Shown here: positions 20,278-29,968 of the stretch, in pieces
Layout: the number at the start of each line of letters is the position of its first letter
Position numbering within the stretch: position 1 is the first letter of the stretch
Origin: Desulfitobacterium sp.
GTDB lineage: Bacteria; Bacillota; Desulfitobacteriia; Desulfitobacteriales; Desulfitobacteriaceae
Assembly (NCBI GenBank): GCA_050251735.1
Contig: JBFWMF010000016.1
Location: 14,054-78,053 of the forward strand
Reading direction: 5' to 3'
Length of the DNA stretch: 64,000 bases
Program-made: the position numbers and the translations under genes
The notes under the pieces: generated by a model
Database searches by the model: none
What the model saw: only the letters and a program-made list of their open reading frames with translations
What the model was told of the DNA's origin: nothing

Positions 20278-20895
20278 ATGCGTTATTCAATGGCGATAGA
20301 TATTGATCGCTGTACAGGATGCAATGCCTGTGCGGTAGCGTGCAAGGTTGATAATAATCTGCCCAATAGCATTTGGTGGAATAGAATTTTAACTGTGGGT
20401 GGAGAAAGTATGGATACGCCTAAAGGTACTTTCCCAAACCTTCATATGAAGTTTTTACCTGTTAATTGTCAGCACTGTGATAATCCACCCTGTGTCAAAG
20501 CTTGTCCGGTCAAGGCCACCTATAAAAGAGAAGAAGATGGTGTTATTGTCCAAGATTATGATAAGTGTATCGGCTGTCGGATGTGCATGGTCGCTTGTCC
20601 TTATAATGCCCGTAGCTTTAATTGGAGTAAACCAGATTATGCAATCGAAGTTCCCATGGGTGATAGGAACGTTACCCCTCATCAATACAATGCCGTAGAA
20701 AAGTGTACCTTCTGTAGCCATCGCTTGGCTCAAGACTTACAGCCCGCTTGTATCGATACATGTCCCAACAGAGCCCGTTTTTTTGGCGATCTAGATGATC
20801 CAAATAGCGATGTGAGTAAAGCCATCCAAGGCCGCAATTATGTAAAACTACTCGAAGAAAAGGGTACCATGCCCTCAGTCTTCTATTTAACTTAA
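20278..20895 (+). CDS. 4x[4Fe-4S] electron-transfer subunit (DmsB/PsrB-like), module 1
   Basis: Four Cys clusters: CTGCNACAVAC, CQHCDNPPCVKACP, CIGCRMCMVACP and CTFCSHR...CIDTCP. Confidence 0.92.
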   Translation: MRYSMAIDIDRCTGCNACAVACKVDNNLPNSIWWNRILTVGGESMDTPKGTFPNLHMKFLPVNCQHCDNPPCVKACPVKATYKREEDGVIVQDYDKCIGCRMCMVACPYNARSFNWSKPDYAIEVPMGDRNVTPHQYNAVEKCTFCSHRLAQDLQPACIDTCPNRARFFGDLDDPNSDVSKAIQGRNYVKLLEEKGTMPSVFYLT

Positions 20896-20911
20896 GAAAG
20901 GGGCGAAAAAA

Positions 20912-22105
20912 ATGAGTGAAAAAGCGGTAAAACAGGTTTACACTAAACCCTTATTTATCCTATTCGCCCTGCTGACTGTCGTCGGCGTAGTCTGCTGGTA
21001 TCTGCAGCTTTCCAAGGGCTTACAACTGACCAACCTAAATAACTTTGCCACTTGGGGTTTATATATTATCGGCTTCATGATCTTCACAGGAATCGCAGCG
21101 GGATCTCTGATCATTGCCTCCTCAGCCTACCTCTTCAAAGGTATGGCTGAGTACAAGCCGTTTGCAAGAATCGCAGCCTTCGTGGGAGCGATCGGCAGCG
21201 TTGTCGCCGCCGGACTTTTCATCATCGTCGACATCGGTAACCCGGAGAGAGCCTGGTATTTCATCACCAGCGGAAATATTTCATCTCCCATGTTCTGGGA
21301 TAGCCTGATCCTCGGAGCTTATGTCATCATCGGCATTTTCTTTACCCGTCAGCTTATGCTGGTCAGCGAAGGACAAAAGGAAGAAAAATCTCTGAAGACC
21401 ATCTCCATTATCGCTTTCATCGCCGGACTCATGGTCATGGTCACTTCCTTTGTCTTTGCTCTGCAAGTGGCTCGTCCCATGTGGAATAATCCCGTTGAAC
21501 CGGTATCCTTCTTAGCGGCAGCTTTAGTGGCAGCACTTGCTTTACTAATGATCATCTTTGCGGTCCTGAACAAGAGCGGCTACATCGATATCAGCAGTGA
21601 ACAGCTGGCGAAGATAGGCAAGTTGGCCGGAATATTCCTCTTCTTTGAACTCTTCGTGGTCGTTGGCGAAGCAATTATTGGTCTGTATGCAGGAGCAGGT
21701 GAAGAAGCAGAAGTTATTCACTGGATGGTTTCTGGAGAAGGTGCGCCCTTCTTCTGGGTACAGATTATCGCCATCGTCTTAGGTTTAGCACTACTATCAA
21801 ATAAGAAACCAGGCACTCTTATCCTTGGAGCAGTCGTAGCATTATTTGCCATCTTTATGGTCAAATATAACCTATTGCAAGCCCCTTTGCTTAATCCTTT
21901 AATCACCTATGCAGGGCCTCCTGGCTATGGTGCCAGTCAAGGAGTTTATCTGCCTTCGCTGATCGAGATCGGCGTATCCGTTGGCATCATCGCCATGGGT
22001 GGCATGCTGGTCATGATCGGCCTAGATAAACTGAACCTTGGCAAAAAGGCCAAGAAAGGTGCAGGAAAAGGCCAAGCCCAAGGTAGTATAGCTGCTAAGG
22101 CTTGA
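20912..22105 (+). CDS. NrfD/PsrC-type polytopic membrane anchor (quinol-interacting) subunit, module 1
   Basis: 397 aa with about 10 TM helices and a Lys-rich C-terminal tail. About 90% aa identity (by eye) to the module 2 and 3 copies. Confidence 0.85.
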   Translation: MSEKAVKQVYTKPLFILFALLTVVGVVCWYLQLSKGLQLTNLNNFATWGLYIIGFMIFTGIAAGSLIIASSAYLFKGMAEYKPFARIAAFVGAIGSVVAAGLFIIVDIGNPERAWYFITSGNISSPMFWDSLILGAYVIIGIFFTRQLMLVSEGQKEEKSLKTISIIAFIAGLMVMVTSFVFALQVARPMWNNPVEPVSFLAAALVAALALLMIIFAVLNKSGYIDISSEQLAKIGKLAGIFLFFELFVVVGEAIIGLYAGAGEEAEVIHWMVSGEGAPFFWVQIIAIVLGLALLSNKKPGTLILGAVVALFAIFMVKYNLLQAPLLNPLITYAGPPGYGASQGVYLPSLIEIGVSVGIIAMGGMLVMIGLDKLNLGKKAKKGAGKGQAQGSIAAKA

Positions 22106-22126
22106 GGAAACATATCATTTGATACT

Positions 22127-22150
22127 GGCAGGTCCGATATAGGGCCTGCC
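22127..22150 (+). terminator. Hairpin after module 1 (weak terminator)
   Basis: GGCAGGTCC-gatata-GGGCCTGCC; the downstream T-run is poor. Confidence 0.4.
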
Positions 22151-22183
22151 ATAAGTTATTGGGCTCTATCCTCTATTCTTCAG

Positions 22184-22257
22184 GTCATCCTGAGCGAAGC
22201 GAAGGATCTATGGCGAAAGAGATTAGTAAGAGATTCTTCACTATGTTCAGAAGGACA
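22184..22257. repeat. Imperfect ~74-nt hairpin element beginning GTCATCCTGAGCGAAGCGAAGGATC
   Basis: Outer arms GTCATCCTGAGC / GTTCAGAAGGAC and inner arms GAAGGATCT / AGATTCTTC pair imperfectly. From memory, the 5' motif is a recurring intergenic repeat in many bacterial genomes. Confidence 0.4.
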
Positions 22258-22404
22258 ATACCACTAGGAGGATGCCCAAAGGGGCTTTTTCTTTCGTAGT
22301 GAAAAACACGACAAGGCCTAGGTGCTGTCATGTTTTACCTGATAGAGCTTGCACCATTTTTGCGGTATACTAGAATAACCAAAGCACTTTCGGGAGGACT
22401 TTTT

Positions 22405-23532
22405 GTGTCTGAATCAAAGTTATTGTTTTCACTTCTCTTAAATTTAAGCAGTAAGATCGAAGAAATCGGAACAGAGAGGGCAAGGTTGGAGTTGCCGAAG
22501 CTGATTTGTACTCTTTTAGAGACCGATGGATGCGCACTATATTTTAGTAAATCCGATAGGGAGGGTCTTTTTCTAGCTAATCAATACTCTATTCCTCAGG
22601 GTCAGGTTTTTGCGGATACTTGGCCGGAAAATTGGTCGCCCATATCGGATAGTGCCGAATACCTAAATAACCATGAAATGGCTAAGGGCTTTGCCGAAGA
22701 TAATAGCTTTAAAATGTGTTTAATTCTGCCACTGCATATAGAGGGAAAGATTGCTGGAGTCGTCTTGATGGGTTGGAAGAGCTCCAGTTCACTGGAGGAG
22801 CTATCTCCAAAGGATCTGCAACTATTACAATCGATTTCTATGCTTTTATCCCATGTCTATTGCGTTTATCCTCTTATCAATAAATTAAGGCAGAGAGAAA
22901 CGAATTTAGCGACACTTTATCGGAAGGCTGAGGATGACCTGGAAACCAGCCGTAAGAAGGTGTCTCTTGAACTCCACGACGAAGTTGGACAGGTCTTGAC
23001 TTCAATTTTATTGCAGTTGAAGCTATTACAGCAGTCTGATGACCTAGAATACATGAAGGGGAGGCTTGGCGGCCTTCATCACATAACCTTAGAGACATTA
23101 GATGAAGTAAGGCGCATTTCCCAGAATCTCCGCCCTAATCTTTTAGAGAAGCTGGGTTTACAAGCAGCAGTAGAGGCCCATATCAAAGAATATAGAGAAA
23201 ATACAGGTATTGAAGTAGAGCTGCGAACCCATAACTTAAGCGAGCGTATAGCTGAAAATATAGAGACCATCACTTATCGTGCGGTTCAAGAAGGCTTGAC
23301 GAATGTGGCTCGCCACTCGGGTGCTAATAGGGTAATTATTAACCTGACTATCAAGGGAAATAATCTTTTCTTGCAGATCACCGATAATGGTAAAGGGTTC
23401 AAGAAAAACGACGTCCATGGGACAGGGCTCTTAGGTATGAGGGAGCGATCGACTAGGGTCGGTGGAAAGTTCTGGCTTGTTAACAAAGTAGACCAAGGCC
23501 TGACGATCAATATGTTATTACCTTTAGTGTAG
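22405..23532 (+). CDS. Cytoplasmic GAF-like / HisKA_3 sensor histidine kinase, module 2 (intact)
   Basis: ORF 22330-23532; likely start is GTG 22405 (GGAGGA 7 nt upstream). H-box LELHDEVGQ, N-box QEGLTNVARH, DNGKGF, GTGLLGMRER. No TM helices. Confidence 0.88.
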   Translation: MSESKLLFSLLLNLSSKIEEIGTERARLELPKLICTLLETDGCALYFSKSDREGLFLANQYSIPQGQVFADTWPENWSPISDSAEYLNNHEMAKGFAEDNSFKMCLILPLHIEGKIAGVVLMGWKSSSSLEELSPKDLQLLQSISMLLSHVYCVYPLINKLRQRETNLATLYRKAEDDLETSRKKVSLELHDEVGQVLTSILLQLKLLQQSDDLEYMKGRLGGLHHITLETLDEVRRISQNLRPNLLEKLGLQAAVEAHIKEYRENTGIEVELRTHNLSERIAENIETITYRAVQEGLTNVARHSGANRVIINLTIKGNNLFLQITDNGKGFKKNDVHGTGLLGMRERSTRVGGKFWLVNKVDQGLTINMLLPLV

Positions 23533-23545
23533 TTTGGAGGTCATC

Positions 23546-24220
23546 ATGAAAGAACAGACAAAAGTATTTCTGGTAGACGATCATAAGTTGCTACGGGATA
23601 CTTTAAGGATGTTTTTAGAAAACTGCAAAGAGATTGAGGTCGTAGGGGAGGCCGGCAATGGTGCCGATGCCGTTAAGGGGATATTGGATCTAAAACCCGA
23701 ATTAGTCTTAATGGATCTTACGTTGCCTGATTTTGATGGAGTAGAGGCGACAACCCAAATTATGCGTGCCTTGCCCAAAACCAAGGTTATCGCTGTAACC
23801 ATGCACCCGGAAAAGCTTTATTTGTTAAAATTTCTCGAAGCTGGTGGGGTAGGTTATGTTCACAAGTCAGCAGCTGATCGGGAGTTGTTGCAAGCGCTTG
23901 AGCGGGTTCAACAAGGAGAGGTTTTTCTAAGTCCGGAGGGTGTACAGGTCGTGGCCGGGCAGTTTAGAGTTCAAAACGCTCCATTGCCTGAGGAAGAAGA
24001 TATAAAAGGTATACCACCTGACATACTCTCCGCACGAGAGCGCCAAGTCCTTGGTTTGCTATCCCATGGCTATAGTTGTCGTGAGATAGGGAAAAGGCTT
24101 TTCTTATCGACGAGTACCATTGAAACCTATAAAAAACGGGTTAGCGATAAGCTTCATTTAGAAAACAGGAAGGATCTTGTGGAATATACCATCCGACACA
24201 AAATATTTGAAGAACTGTAA
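23546..24220 (+). CDS. NarL/LuxR-family response regulator, module 2
   Basis: ATG 23546 after GGAGGT. Has VDDH, LVLMDLTLPDFDG, AVTMH, HKSA and a LuxR HTH. Confidence 0.9.
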   Translation: MKEQTKVFLVDDHKLLRDTLRMFLENCKEIEVVGEAGNGADAVKGILDLKPELVLMDLTLPDFDGVEATTQIMRALPKTKVIAVTMHPEKLYLLKFLEAGGVGYVHKSAADRELLQALERVQQGEVFLSPEGVQVVAGQFRVQNAPLPEEEDIKGIPPDILSARERQVLGLLSHGYSCREIGKRLFLSTSTIETYKKRVSDKLHLENRKDLVEYTIRHKIFEEL

Positions 24221-24250
24221 AAACTGTCGTGAATTCCATGACAGTTTTAA
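24221..24250 (+). terminator. Hairpin directly after regulator 2 (possible partial terminator)
   Basis: AAACTGTC-gtgaattccat-GACAGTTTT. Confidence 0.45.
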
Positions 24251-24272
24251 TCGTGAATAAATGTACTTATCC

Positions 24273-24305
24273 CCGACAGACATTTTCTGTTTATTTCATT
24301 AAACT
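24273..24305 (+). promoter_or_regulatory. Module promoter box CCGACAGA-N19-TAAACT (upstream of molybdoenzyme 2)
   Basis: CCGACA at 24273-24278, 21 nt, TAAACT at 24300-24305. Confidence 0.5.
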
Positions 24306-24314
24306 AAAAACGAA

Positions 24315-27260
24315 TTGTATGCGCATACGATCGAAGGAGTTGTTTTTGTGAACGCGAAAAGCGGAGCAAGGGGAAGGGTGAAGGATCCCCAAGTTTTAGT
24401 CGCTGTCTCCAATGACTGGTTACAGCTTCCGATTATAGATATGCTTTCTGCACAGCGAGAAGGCTATATTCGAGTGAAATCTTTAGCGGAGCTTTATCAG
24501 CGGGTAAAAGAGTTTTCCAGGTGTATTGTGATTATTGATATCTTTACCTACGCTGAGCACCATCAGGATATTCTGAAGCGACTCTACGAAGAAAACCCTT
24601 GCCTGTCTATTATTCCTCTCGTTTCAAAGGATAAGCTGGCTTACGCTCAGTATCTAGACTCCAGTGCTTCTTGTTACAGTGTGGCCAAGGAGGATGTCGA
24701 TACGCAGCTTATGCCAGTGCTTGGTTGTGCCTATAAGGATCAGAGGTTAATAGCAGACGCTTATGCTTTGCTTCGGGAACAAAAACAATTGCCAACTTTA
24801 AACAAAAAGGAGGCAAATTTAATGAAAAAAGAAGATGGAAGCATTTTCGGGCGAAAGTTTGGGAGAAGAAGCTTTCTCAAAGGCTCGGCTGCAGCAGCTG
24901 CGGTAGCTGGCGTGGCTGTGGCTAGCCCTGGGAACACAGTAATGAAGGCATTGGCAGCGACTGGCAACACAACAACAATGGCCCCAGAAGAAAAGGTTTT
25001 CCCAGTTGTTTGCCGTGGTAACTGTGTTGGAACTTGTCAAATGAACGCACATGTGAGAAACGGAAAGCTTGTTAAAATGTCCAAGAGGGAAGCTGTAGAT
25101 CCTCGTTATACACGGATTTGTCAAAGGGGGCGTACTAATCCTCTGCGTGTTTATAGCCCCGAAAGGCTTAAATACCCGATGCGGCGGGTTGGCGAACGTG
25201 GAGAAGGTAAGTGGGAACAAATTTCATGGGACGAGGCTATTGACGAAATTTGCACCAAATGGAAAGGTTACCAAAAAGAACACGGCAAAGAAAGCATCTT
25301 TTTTGCTAGTGGCTCTGGTAATTATGGATCAGAGGTTAGAAACTATTCAACCCGTTTGGTGAATTTCATGGGTGCTTCTAGGATGAGTTCTGCCTTGGAT
25401 AGCGCGGTTGTTGTTTCAGCCGGGAGGGCTCTCGGTTACGGAGCGTATTTGGGAGCAAATTCTCCAACTGATTGGGTCAATTCAAACTATATCTTTGTAT
25501 GGGGCACTAACTTTACTCAAGCTTGGAATGCCAATTGGCACTTTTTGGCCGAAGCACAGAAGGCCGGGGCAAAAATGATTTGTATTGATCCGGTTTTTAA
25601 TATAGTAGCATCTAAATCTGATATGTTTGTGCCCATCAGACCATGTACGGATGCTCTTTTGGCGATGGCAATGACTCAAATCGTCATTGATGAAGGATTG
25701 GCCGACGAAAAATATTTAAAAAAATGTTCTGTTGCGCCGTTTATGGTCAAAGAAAGTGATGGGAGGTTCATGCGCCTGAGTGATTTGGGCAAAGCAACCG
25801 CCGGAACGGCTACAGACGCTATCGTAGTTAGAGGTGTCGACGGCAGTATTGGTGTGCCTGCAGATATCCCTGATCCTGTTTTACACGGAACTTTTACGAT
25901 CAATGATATTAAAGTTACCACTGCCTATGATTTACTGATTGAACGACTGACGCAATTCCCGCCCGATAACGCAGCCAAGGTATGCGATATTCCTTTAGAA
26001 ACAATCAAAAATATGGCACGGATGTTTGCAGAAGGACCCGCATGTATCGCGGGGGGCTATGGCCCCGACCACTATACGAACGGGCATCATGCCTACCAAG
26101 CTATGTATACCTTGTTGATGGTAACGGGGAATTTTGGAAAACCGGGCACCGGGCTGGCAGGGGGATTTAATTTTTCTTTGGGTCTTCATGGTCCTAGTAC
26201 AAATTCAATGGATAATCCGAAAAACCATTTGTCTTCAGCACCAAATGTCCCGTCTGTAAAGATGCTGGATGTAATAAAAACTGGAAAATATGGAGACATT
26301 TCTGTTACTCCTAAAAGCATGTTTGTGCAAGCTTTCAACGTGATTGGTAATCTTTGTGAGCGAAAAGCTTATCTAGAGGTATTCAACAAGTTAGACTTGG
26401 TGGTTGTGGCAGATATAACAATGTCCGAAACTGCAAGCTATGCCGACATTGTTCTCCCTGTGCCTCACTGGTTTGAAGTAGATAGCCTTGTTAACTTTGG
26501 TACGCAATTTGTAAGTATTTCGGATAAGGCTATTGAACCGCTCTATGAATGCAAGGGAGATTTTGAAATAATTAATTTATTAGGAGAGGGAATGGACCTT
26601 GGTTCTGAGTTTCCACTAACCAAAGAGGAATACTTTACAAGATCCTTCGAAAACGATTATTCCAAAAGTATTGGACTTAGCTATGAAAGGTTGAAGAAGG
26701 AAAAACAATTACCTACTTGGATTGGGGATTATATACACGGTGCCGGCGGAGTATATCCGACCACAACAGGCCGTGCTCAGTTTTATTTAGAAAATGTAGT
26801 TCCAAACTTCCGATATGGACAGGTAGTTAATTTGGATAATTCGAGACTACCATACTGGGAGCAACCCATTGAAGCTTGGCATGACTATGATTTGGCTAAA
26901 AAATACCCTCTGATTTTCACTTCTGAACGGGCGAGATTCCATTGCCATACCCAATTCGGCGATGTACAATGGTTCAAAGAATTAGAGCCTGAGCCATTTG
27001 TAAGAATTAGCCTTCAGGACGCAGCAACTAGGGGAATTAGTAATGGAGATACCGTCAAAGTATTTAATGACAGAGGGTATGTAGTAGTGAAAGCAGTCAT
27101 TCATAACGGGATCCGTCCGGGGATGCTGGTTATGCCCCATGCGTGGCAAAAGCATCATTTTATTGATGGCCATTATTCAGATTTAAGTTCTAGGGCAACA
27201 AATCCAGATGTAGCGAATAATGCCTTTTTCGATGCATTATGCGAAATACAGAAGATGTAA
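24315..27260 (+). CDS. DMSO-reductase-family molybdopterin oxidoreductase catalytic subunit (Tat substrate), module 2
   Basis: Internal start: AAGGAGG at 24807-24813, 8 nt, ATG 24822, then GRRSFLKGSAAAAAV...ALA/AT. FS0 cysteines CRGNCVGTC...ICQRG. Confidence 0.9.
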   Translation: MYAHTIEGVVFVNAKSGARGRVKDPQVLVAVSNDWLQLPIIDMLSAQREGYIRVKSLAELYQRVKEFSRCIVIIDIFTYAEHHQDILKRLYEENPCLSIIPLVSKDKLAYAQYLDSSASCYSVAKEDVDTQLMPVLGCAYKDQRLIADAYALLREQKQLPTLNKKEANLMKKEDGSIFGRKFGRRSFLKGSAAAAAVAGVAVASPGNTVMKALAATGNTTTMAPEEKVFPVVCRGNCVGTCQMNAHVRNGKLVKMSKREAVDPRYTRICQRGRTNPLRVYSPERLKYPMRRVGERGEGKWEQISWDEAIDEICTKWKGYQKEHGKESIFFASGSGNYGSEVRNYSTRLVNFMGASRMSSALDSAVVVSAGRALGYGAYLGANSPTDWVNSNYIFVWGTNFTQAWNANWHFLAEAQKAGAKMICIDPVFNIVASKSDMFVPIRPCTDALLAMAMTQIVIDEGLADEKYLKKCSVAPFMVKESDGRFMRLSDLGKATAGTATDAIVVRGVDGSIGVPADIPDPVLHGTFTINDIKVTTAYDLLIERLTQFPPDNAAKVCDIPLETIKNMARMFAEGPACIAGGYGPDHYTNGHHAYQAMYTLLMVTGNFGKPGTGLAGGFNFSLGLHGPSTNSMDNPKNHLSSAPNVPSVKMLDVIKTGKYGDISVTPKSMFVQAFNVIGNLCERKAYLEVFNKLDLVVVADITMSETASYADIVLPVPHWFEVDSLVNFGTQFVSISDKAIEPLYECKGDFEIINLLGEGMDLGSEFPLTKEEYFTRSFENDYSKSIGLSYERLKKEKQLPTWIGDYIHGAGGVYPTTTGRAQFYLENVVPNFRYGQVVNLDNSRLPYWEQPIEAWHDYDLAKKYPLIFTSERARFHCHTQFGDVQWFKELEPEPFVRISLQDAATRGISNGDTVKVFNDRGYVVVKAVIHNGIRPGMLVMPHAWQKHHFIDGHYSDLSSRATNPDVANNAFFDALCEIQKM
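24348..24821 (+). other. Receiver-like N-terminal extension, in frame with molybdoenzyme 2
   Basis: AAGGAG at 24334-24339, then GTG 24348. VLVAVSNDW, CIVIIDIFTY, SIIPLVSKD and CYSVAKED occupy the beta1, beta3(Asp), beta4(Ser) and beta5(Lys) positions. Confidence 0.55.
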
Positions 27261-27272
27261 GGAGGGAAAAAA

Positions 27273-27890
27273 ATGCGTTATGGTATGGCGATAGACTTAA
27301 AAACCTGTGTTGGATGCCACGCCTGCTCGGTGGCCTGTAAATCAGCAAATAACTTGCCAAATAATATGTGGTGGAACCGCATTTTGACAATCGGCGGAGA
27401 AGAAATGGATACTCCTAGCGGTACCTATCCTAATAATAAAATGCAGCATTTGCCTGTAAACTGCCAGCATTGTGATAATCCTCCTTGTGCTAAGGCTTGT
27501 CCGGTAGGTGCCACCTATAAGAGAGAAGAAGATGGGATAGTCATACAGGATTATGATAAATGTATTGGCTGCCGGATGTGCATGGTGGCCTGTCCCTACA
27601 ATGCCCGGAGCTTTAACTGGAAAAAACCTGAATATTATGTAGATTTTGCTCTTGGAGATTATGATGCGCCCGCTCATCAGTACAATGTGGTAGAAAAATG
27701 TACTTTCTGTGTGAATCGAATTGCTCGAGGAGAAGAGCCAGCCTGTATGGAACTTTGCATAGGTCGTGCCCGTTACTGGGGAGACTTAGATGACCCAAAC
27801 AGCGAAATAAGTCTTGCTATCAAAGGACGTAACTATGTCAAGCTTTTGGAAGAAAAGGGTACCAAACCCTCCATCTTCTACTTAATTTAA
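27273..27890 (+). CDS. 4x[4Fe-4S] electron-transfer subunit, module 2
   Basis: Same four Cys clusters as the module 1 copy. Confidence 0.92.
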   Translation: MRYGMAIDLKTCVGCHACSVACKSANNLPNNMWWNRILTIGGEEMDTPSGTYPNNKMQHLPVNCQHCDNPPCAKACPVGATYKREEDGIVIQDYDKCIGCRMCMVACPYNARSFNWKKPEYYVDFALGDYDAPAHQYNVVEKCTFCVNRIARGEEPACMELCIGRARYWGDLDDPNSEISLAIKGRNYVKLLEEKGTKPSIFYLI

Positions 27891-27906
27891 GAAGGGGGCG
27901 ATAAAA

Positions 27907-29100
27907 ATGAGTGAAAAAACAGAAAAACAGTTTTACACCAAACCCTTATTTATCCTCTTCGCCCTGCTGACACTAGTCGGCTTAGTCTGCTGGTATTTGC
28001 AACTTACCAAGGGCTTACAACTTACGAACCTGAATAATTTCGCCACCTGGGGTTTATATATCATCGGCTTCATGATCTTCACCGGTATCGCAGCAGGTTC
28101 CCTAGTCTTTGCTTCCTCAGCTTACCTCTTCAAAGGGATGGCTGAGTTCAAACCTCTCACCAGAATCGCAGCCTTCGTCGGAGCCATCGGCAGCGTTATA
28201 GCGGCCGGACTCTTCATCATCGTGGATATCGGTAACCCGGAGAGAGCATGGTATTTTATCACCAGCGGCAATATCTCTTCACCTATGTTCTGGGATAGCT
28301 TAATCCTTGGTGCTTATGTGGTCATCGGTATCTTCTTCACCCGGCAGCTGATGCTGGTCAACGAAGGGCAAAAAGAAGAAAAATCCCTTAAAGCTATTTC
28401 TATCATCGCCTTTATCGCTGGACTCATGGTCATGGTCACTTCTTTCGTCTTTGCACTACAAGTGGCACGCCCTATGTGGAATAATCCAGTAGAACCCGTA
28501 TCCTTCTTGGCCGCAGCTTTAGTAGCAACTTTCGCTTTGCTGATGATCATCTTTGCAGTCCTGAACAAGAGTGGCTACATCGAGATCAGCAGTGAACAAC
28601 TAGCTAAAATGGGCAAGCTGTCCGGAGTATTTCTCCTCTTTGAACTCTTCGTAGTATTAGGGGAAGCAGTCATCGGTCTATATGCAGGAGCAGGTGAAGA
28701 AGCGGAGGTTATCCATTGGATGGTACTTGGTGAAGGAGCACCCTTCTTCTGGGTACAAATCATCGCCATCGTCTTAGGTTTGGTACTCCTCTTCAACAAA
28801 AAAACAGGCACACTTGTCCTGGGCGCGGTGGTAGCTATCTTTGCCATCTTCATGATCAAATACAACCTCCTGCAAGCGCCCTTGCTTAATCCCTTACTCA
28901 CCTATGCAGGGCCTCCCGGGTATGGGGCAAGCGAAGGAGTATATCTACCATCTCTAATTGAGATTGGTGTATCTGTAGGTATCATCGCCATGGGTGGAAT
29001 GCTGGTTATTATTGGTTTAGATAAGCTGAACCTTGGCAAGAAGACCAAGAAAGCTGCAGGGAAAGGTCAAGCTCAAGGTAGTATAACTGCCAAGGCTTGA
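27907..29100 (+). CDS. NrfD/PsrC-type membrane anchor subunit, module 2
   Basis: 397 aa, nearly colinear with the module 1 and 3 copies. Confidence 0.85.
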   Translation: MSEKTEKQFYTKPLFILFALLTLVGLVCWYLQLTKGLQLTNLNNFATWGLYIIGFMIFTGIAAGSLVFASSAYLFKGMAEFKPLTRIAAFVGAIGSVIAAGLFIIVDIGNPERAWYFITSGNISSPMFWDSLILGAYVVIGIFFTRQLMLVNEGQKEEKSLKAISIIAFIAGLMVMVTSFVFALQVARPMWNNPVEPVSFLAAALVATFALLMIIFAVLNKSGYIEISSEQLAKMGKLSGVFLLFELFVVLGEAVIGLYAGAGEEAEVIHWMVLGEGAPFFWVQIIAIVLGLVLLFNKKTGTLVLGAVVAIFAIFMIKYNLLQAPLLNPLLTYAGPPGYGASEGVYLPSLIEIGVSVGIIAMGGMLVIIGLDKLNLGKKTKKAAGKGQAQGSITAKA

Positions 29101-29118
29101 TGAGTCTTTGCAATAATT

Positions 29119-29150
29119 CCGACAGGCTCACAAAGAGCCTGTCGGCGTAT
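29119..29150 (+). terminator. Intrinsic terminator after module 2 anchor gene
   Basis: CCGACAGGCTC-acaaa-GAGCCTGTCGG followed by CGTATTT. The arm contains the CCGACAG box sequence. Confidence 0.55.
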
Positions 29151-29210
29151 TTAGAGAGCATCCTTTAGGTTTAGTTTCAATGCTATATAAATGAATTGTC
29201 CTGATTTTTC

Positions 29211-29243
29211 CCTACAGAATAATTCGCGGAGATGCAGTAAAAT
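29211..29243 (+). promoter_or_regulatory. Module promoter box CCTACAGA-N19-TAAAAT (upstream of TorD-like gene)
   Basis: CCTACA at 29211-29216, 21 nt, TAAAAT at 29238-29243. Confidence 0.5.
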
Positions 29244-29281
29244 AGTATTAGTGTAGAAAATTAGATATAACGGAGGAACAA

Positions 29282-29962
29282 ATGGAAAATACAATAGAAC
29301 AAAAAATACAAAAGGCTATCTCCACTTCGGATATGCATCAAATTTTGGCTATTGCTTTGCAACTACCTACTCAGGAGCTAGTTAAAGGAGTATTAAATGG
29401 AAGCCTGGCCGATGATATTTTGTCAATTTACCAAGAGCTCGATCTTCCTAACGAAACGATTGAGAACTTGGTAACAAAATTTGCTGAGCTTAAAAATAGC
29501 AAGATCACAAAAGAAGAACTTCTTACTGAGTTGAGACAAGAATATACCCGCTTGTTCACTCATCCTAAGAAGTCGGAAATCGAAATTTATGAGACCCTAT
29601 TCCGGTACGTTCCAGAAGAGGGAGAGGGTAAACCTTCTCTTTTCATAAGTCCGGCAGCCCTGGATGCGGAGCGTTGTTATAAAAAAGCTGGTCTGGTCAA
29701 ATCTAAGGATGTTAATGAGCCGGGAGATCATATGGCTACCGAGATGGAATTCATGATGTTTCTCTATCTGGAAATGGCCAAGGCTTTGCAAGGGGACAAT
29801 AAGGAGGAGGTTGCTCGCAGAGAAGCGGAGATCAAAGAATTTAATGAGCTGCATCTGCAGAGATGGGCTAAGTTTTTCTTTGAGAAAATGGCGACCGTAA
29901 GCCATAGTGCTTTCTATAGAATCATTGGCGAAATTGGTAGTGAACGGTATAAAGGGAATTGA
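29282..29962 (+). CDS. TorD/DmsD-family redox-enzyme maturation chaperone
   Basis: 226 aa with the motifs EYTRLF and GDHMATEMEFMMFL. Confidence 0.8.
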   Translation: MENTIEQKIQKAISTSDMHQILAIALQLPTQELVKGVLNGSLADDILSIYQELDLPNETIENLVTKFAELKNSKITKEELLTELRQEYTRLFTHPKKSEIEIYETLFRYVPEEGEGKPSLFISPAALDAERCYKKAGLVKSKDVNEPGDHMATEMEFMMFLYLEMAKALQGDNKEEVARREAEIKEFNELHLQRWAKFFFEKMATVSHSAFYRIIGEIGSERYKGN

Positions 29963-29968
29963 GATAGA

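Noticed and set aside
21349-21573. Antisense ORF MFRTAKMIISKA... that recurs in all three anchor genes (also 28314-28568 and 38332-38556), which superficially looks like a conserved hidden gene.
   Set aside because: Its conservation is fully explained by the ~90% identity of the sense-strand NrfD-type genes. It has no SD, its composition mirrors the antisense of a membrane protein, and the sense ORFs have clear family features.
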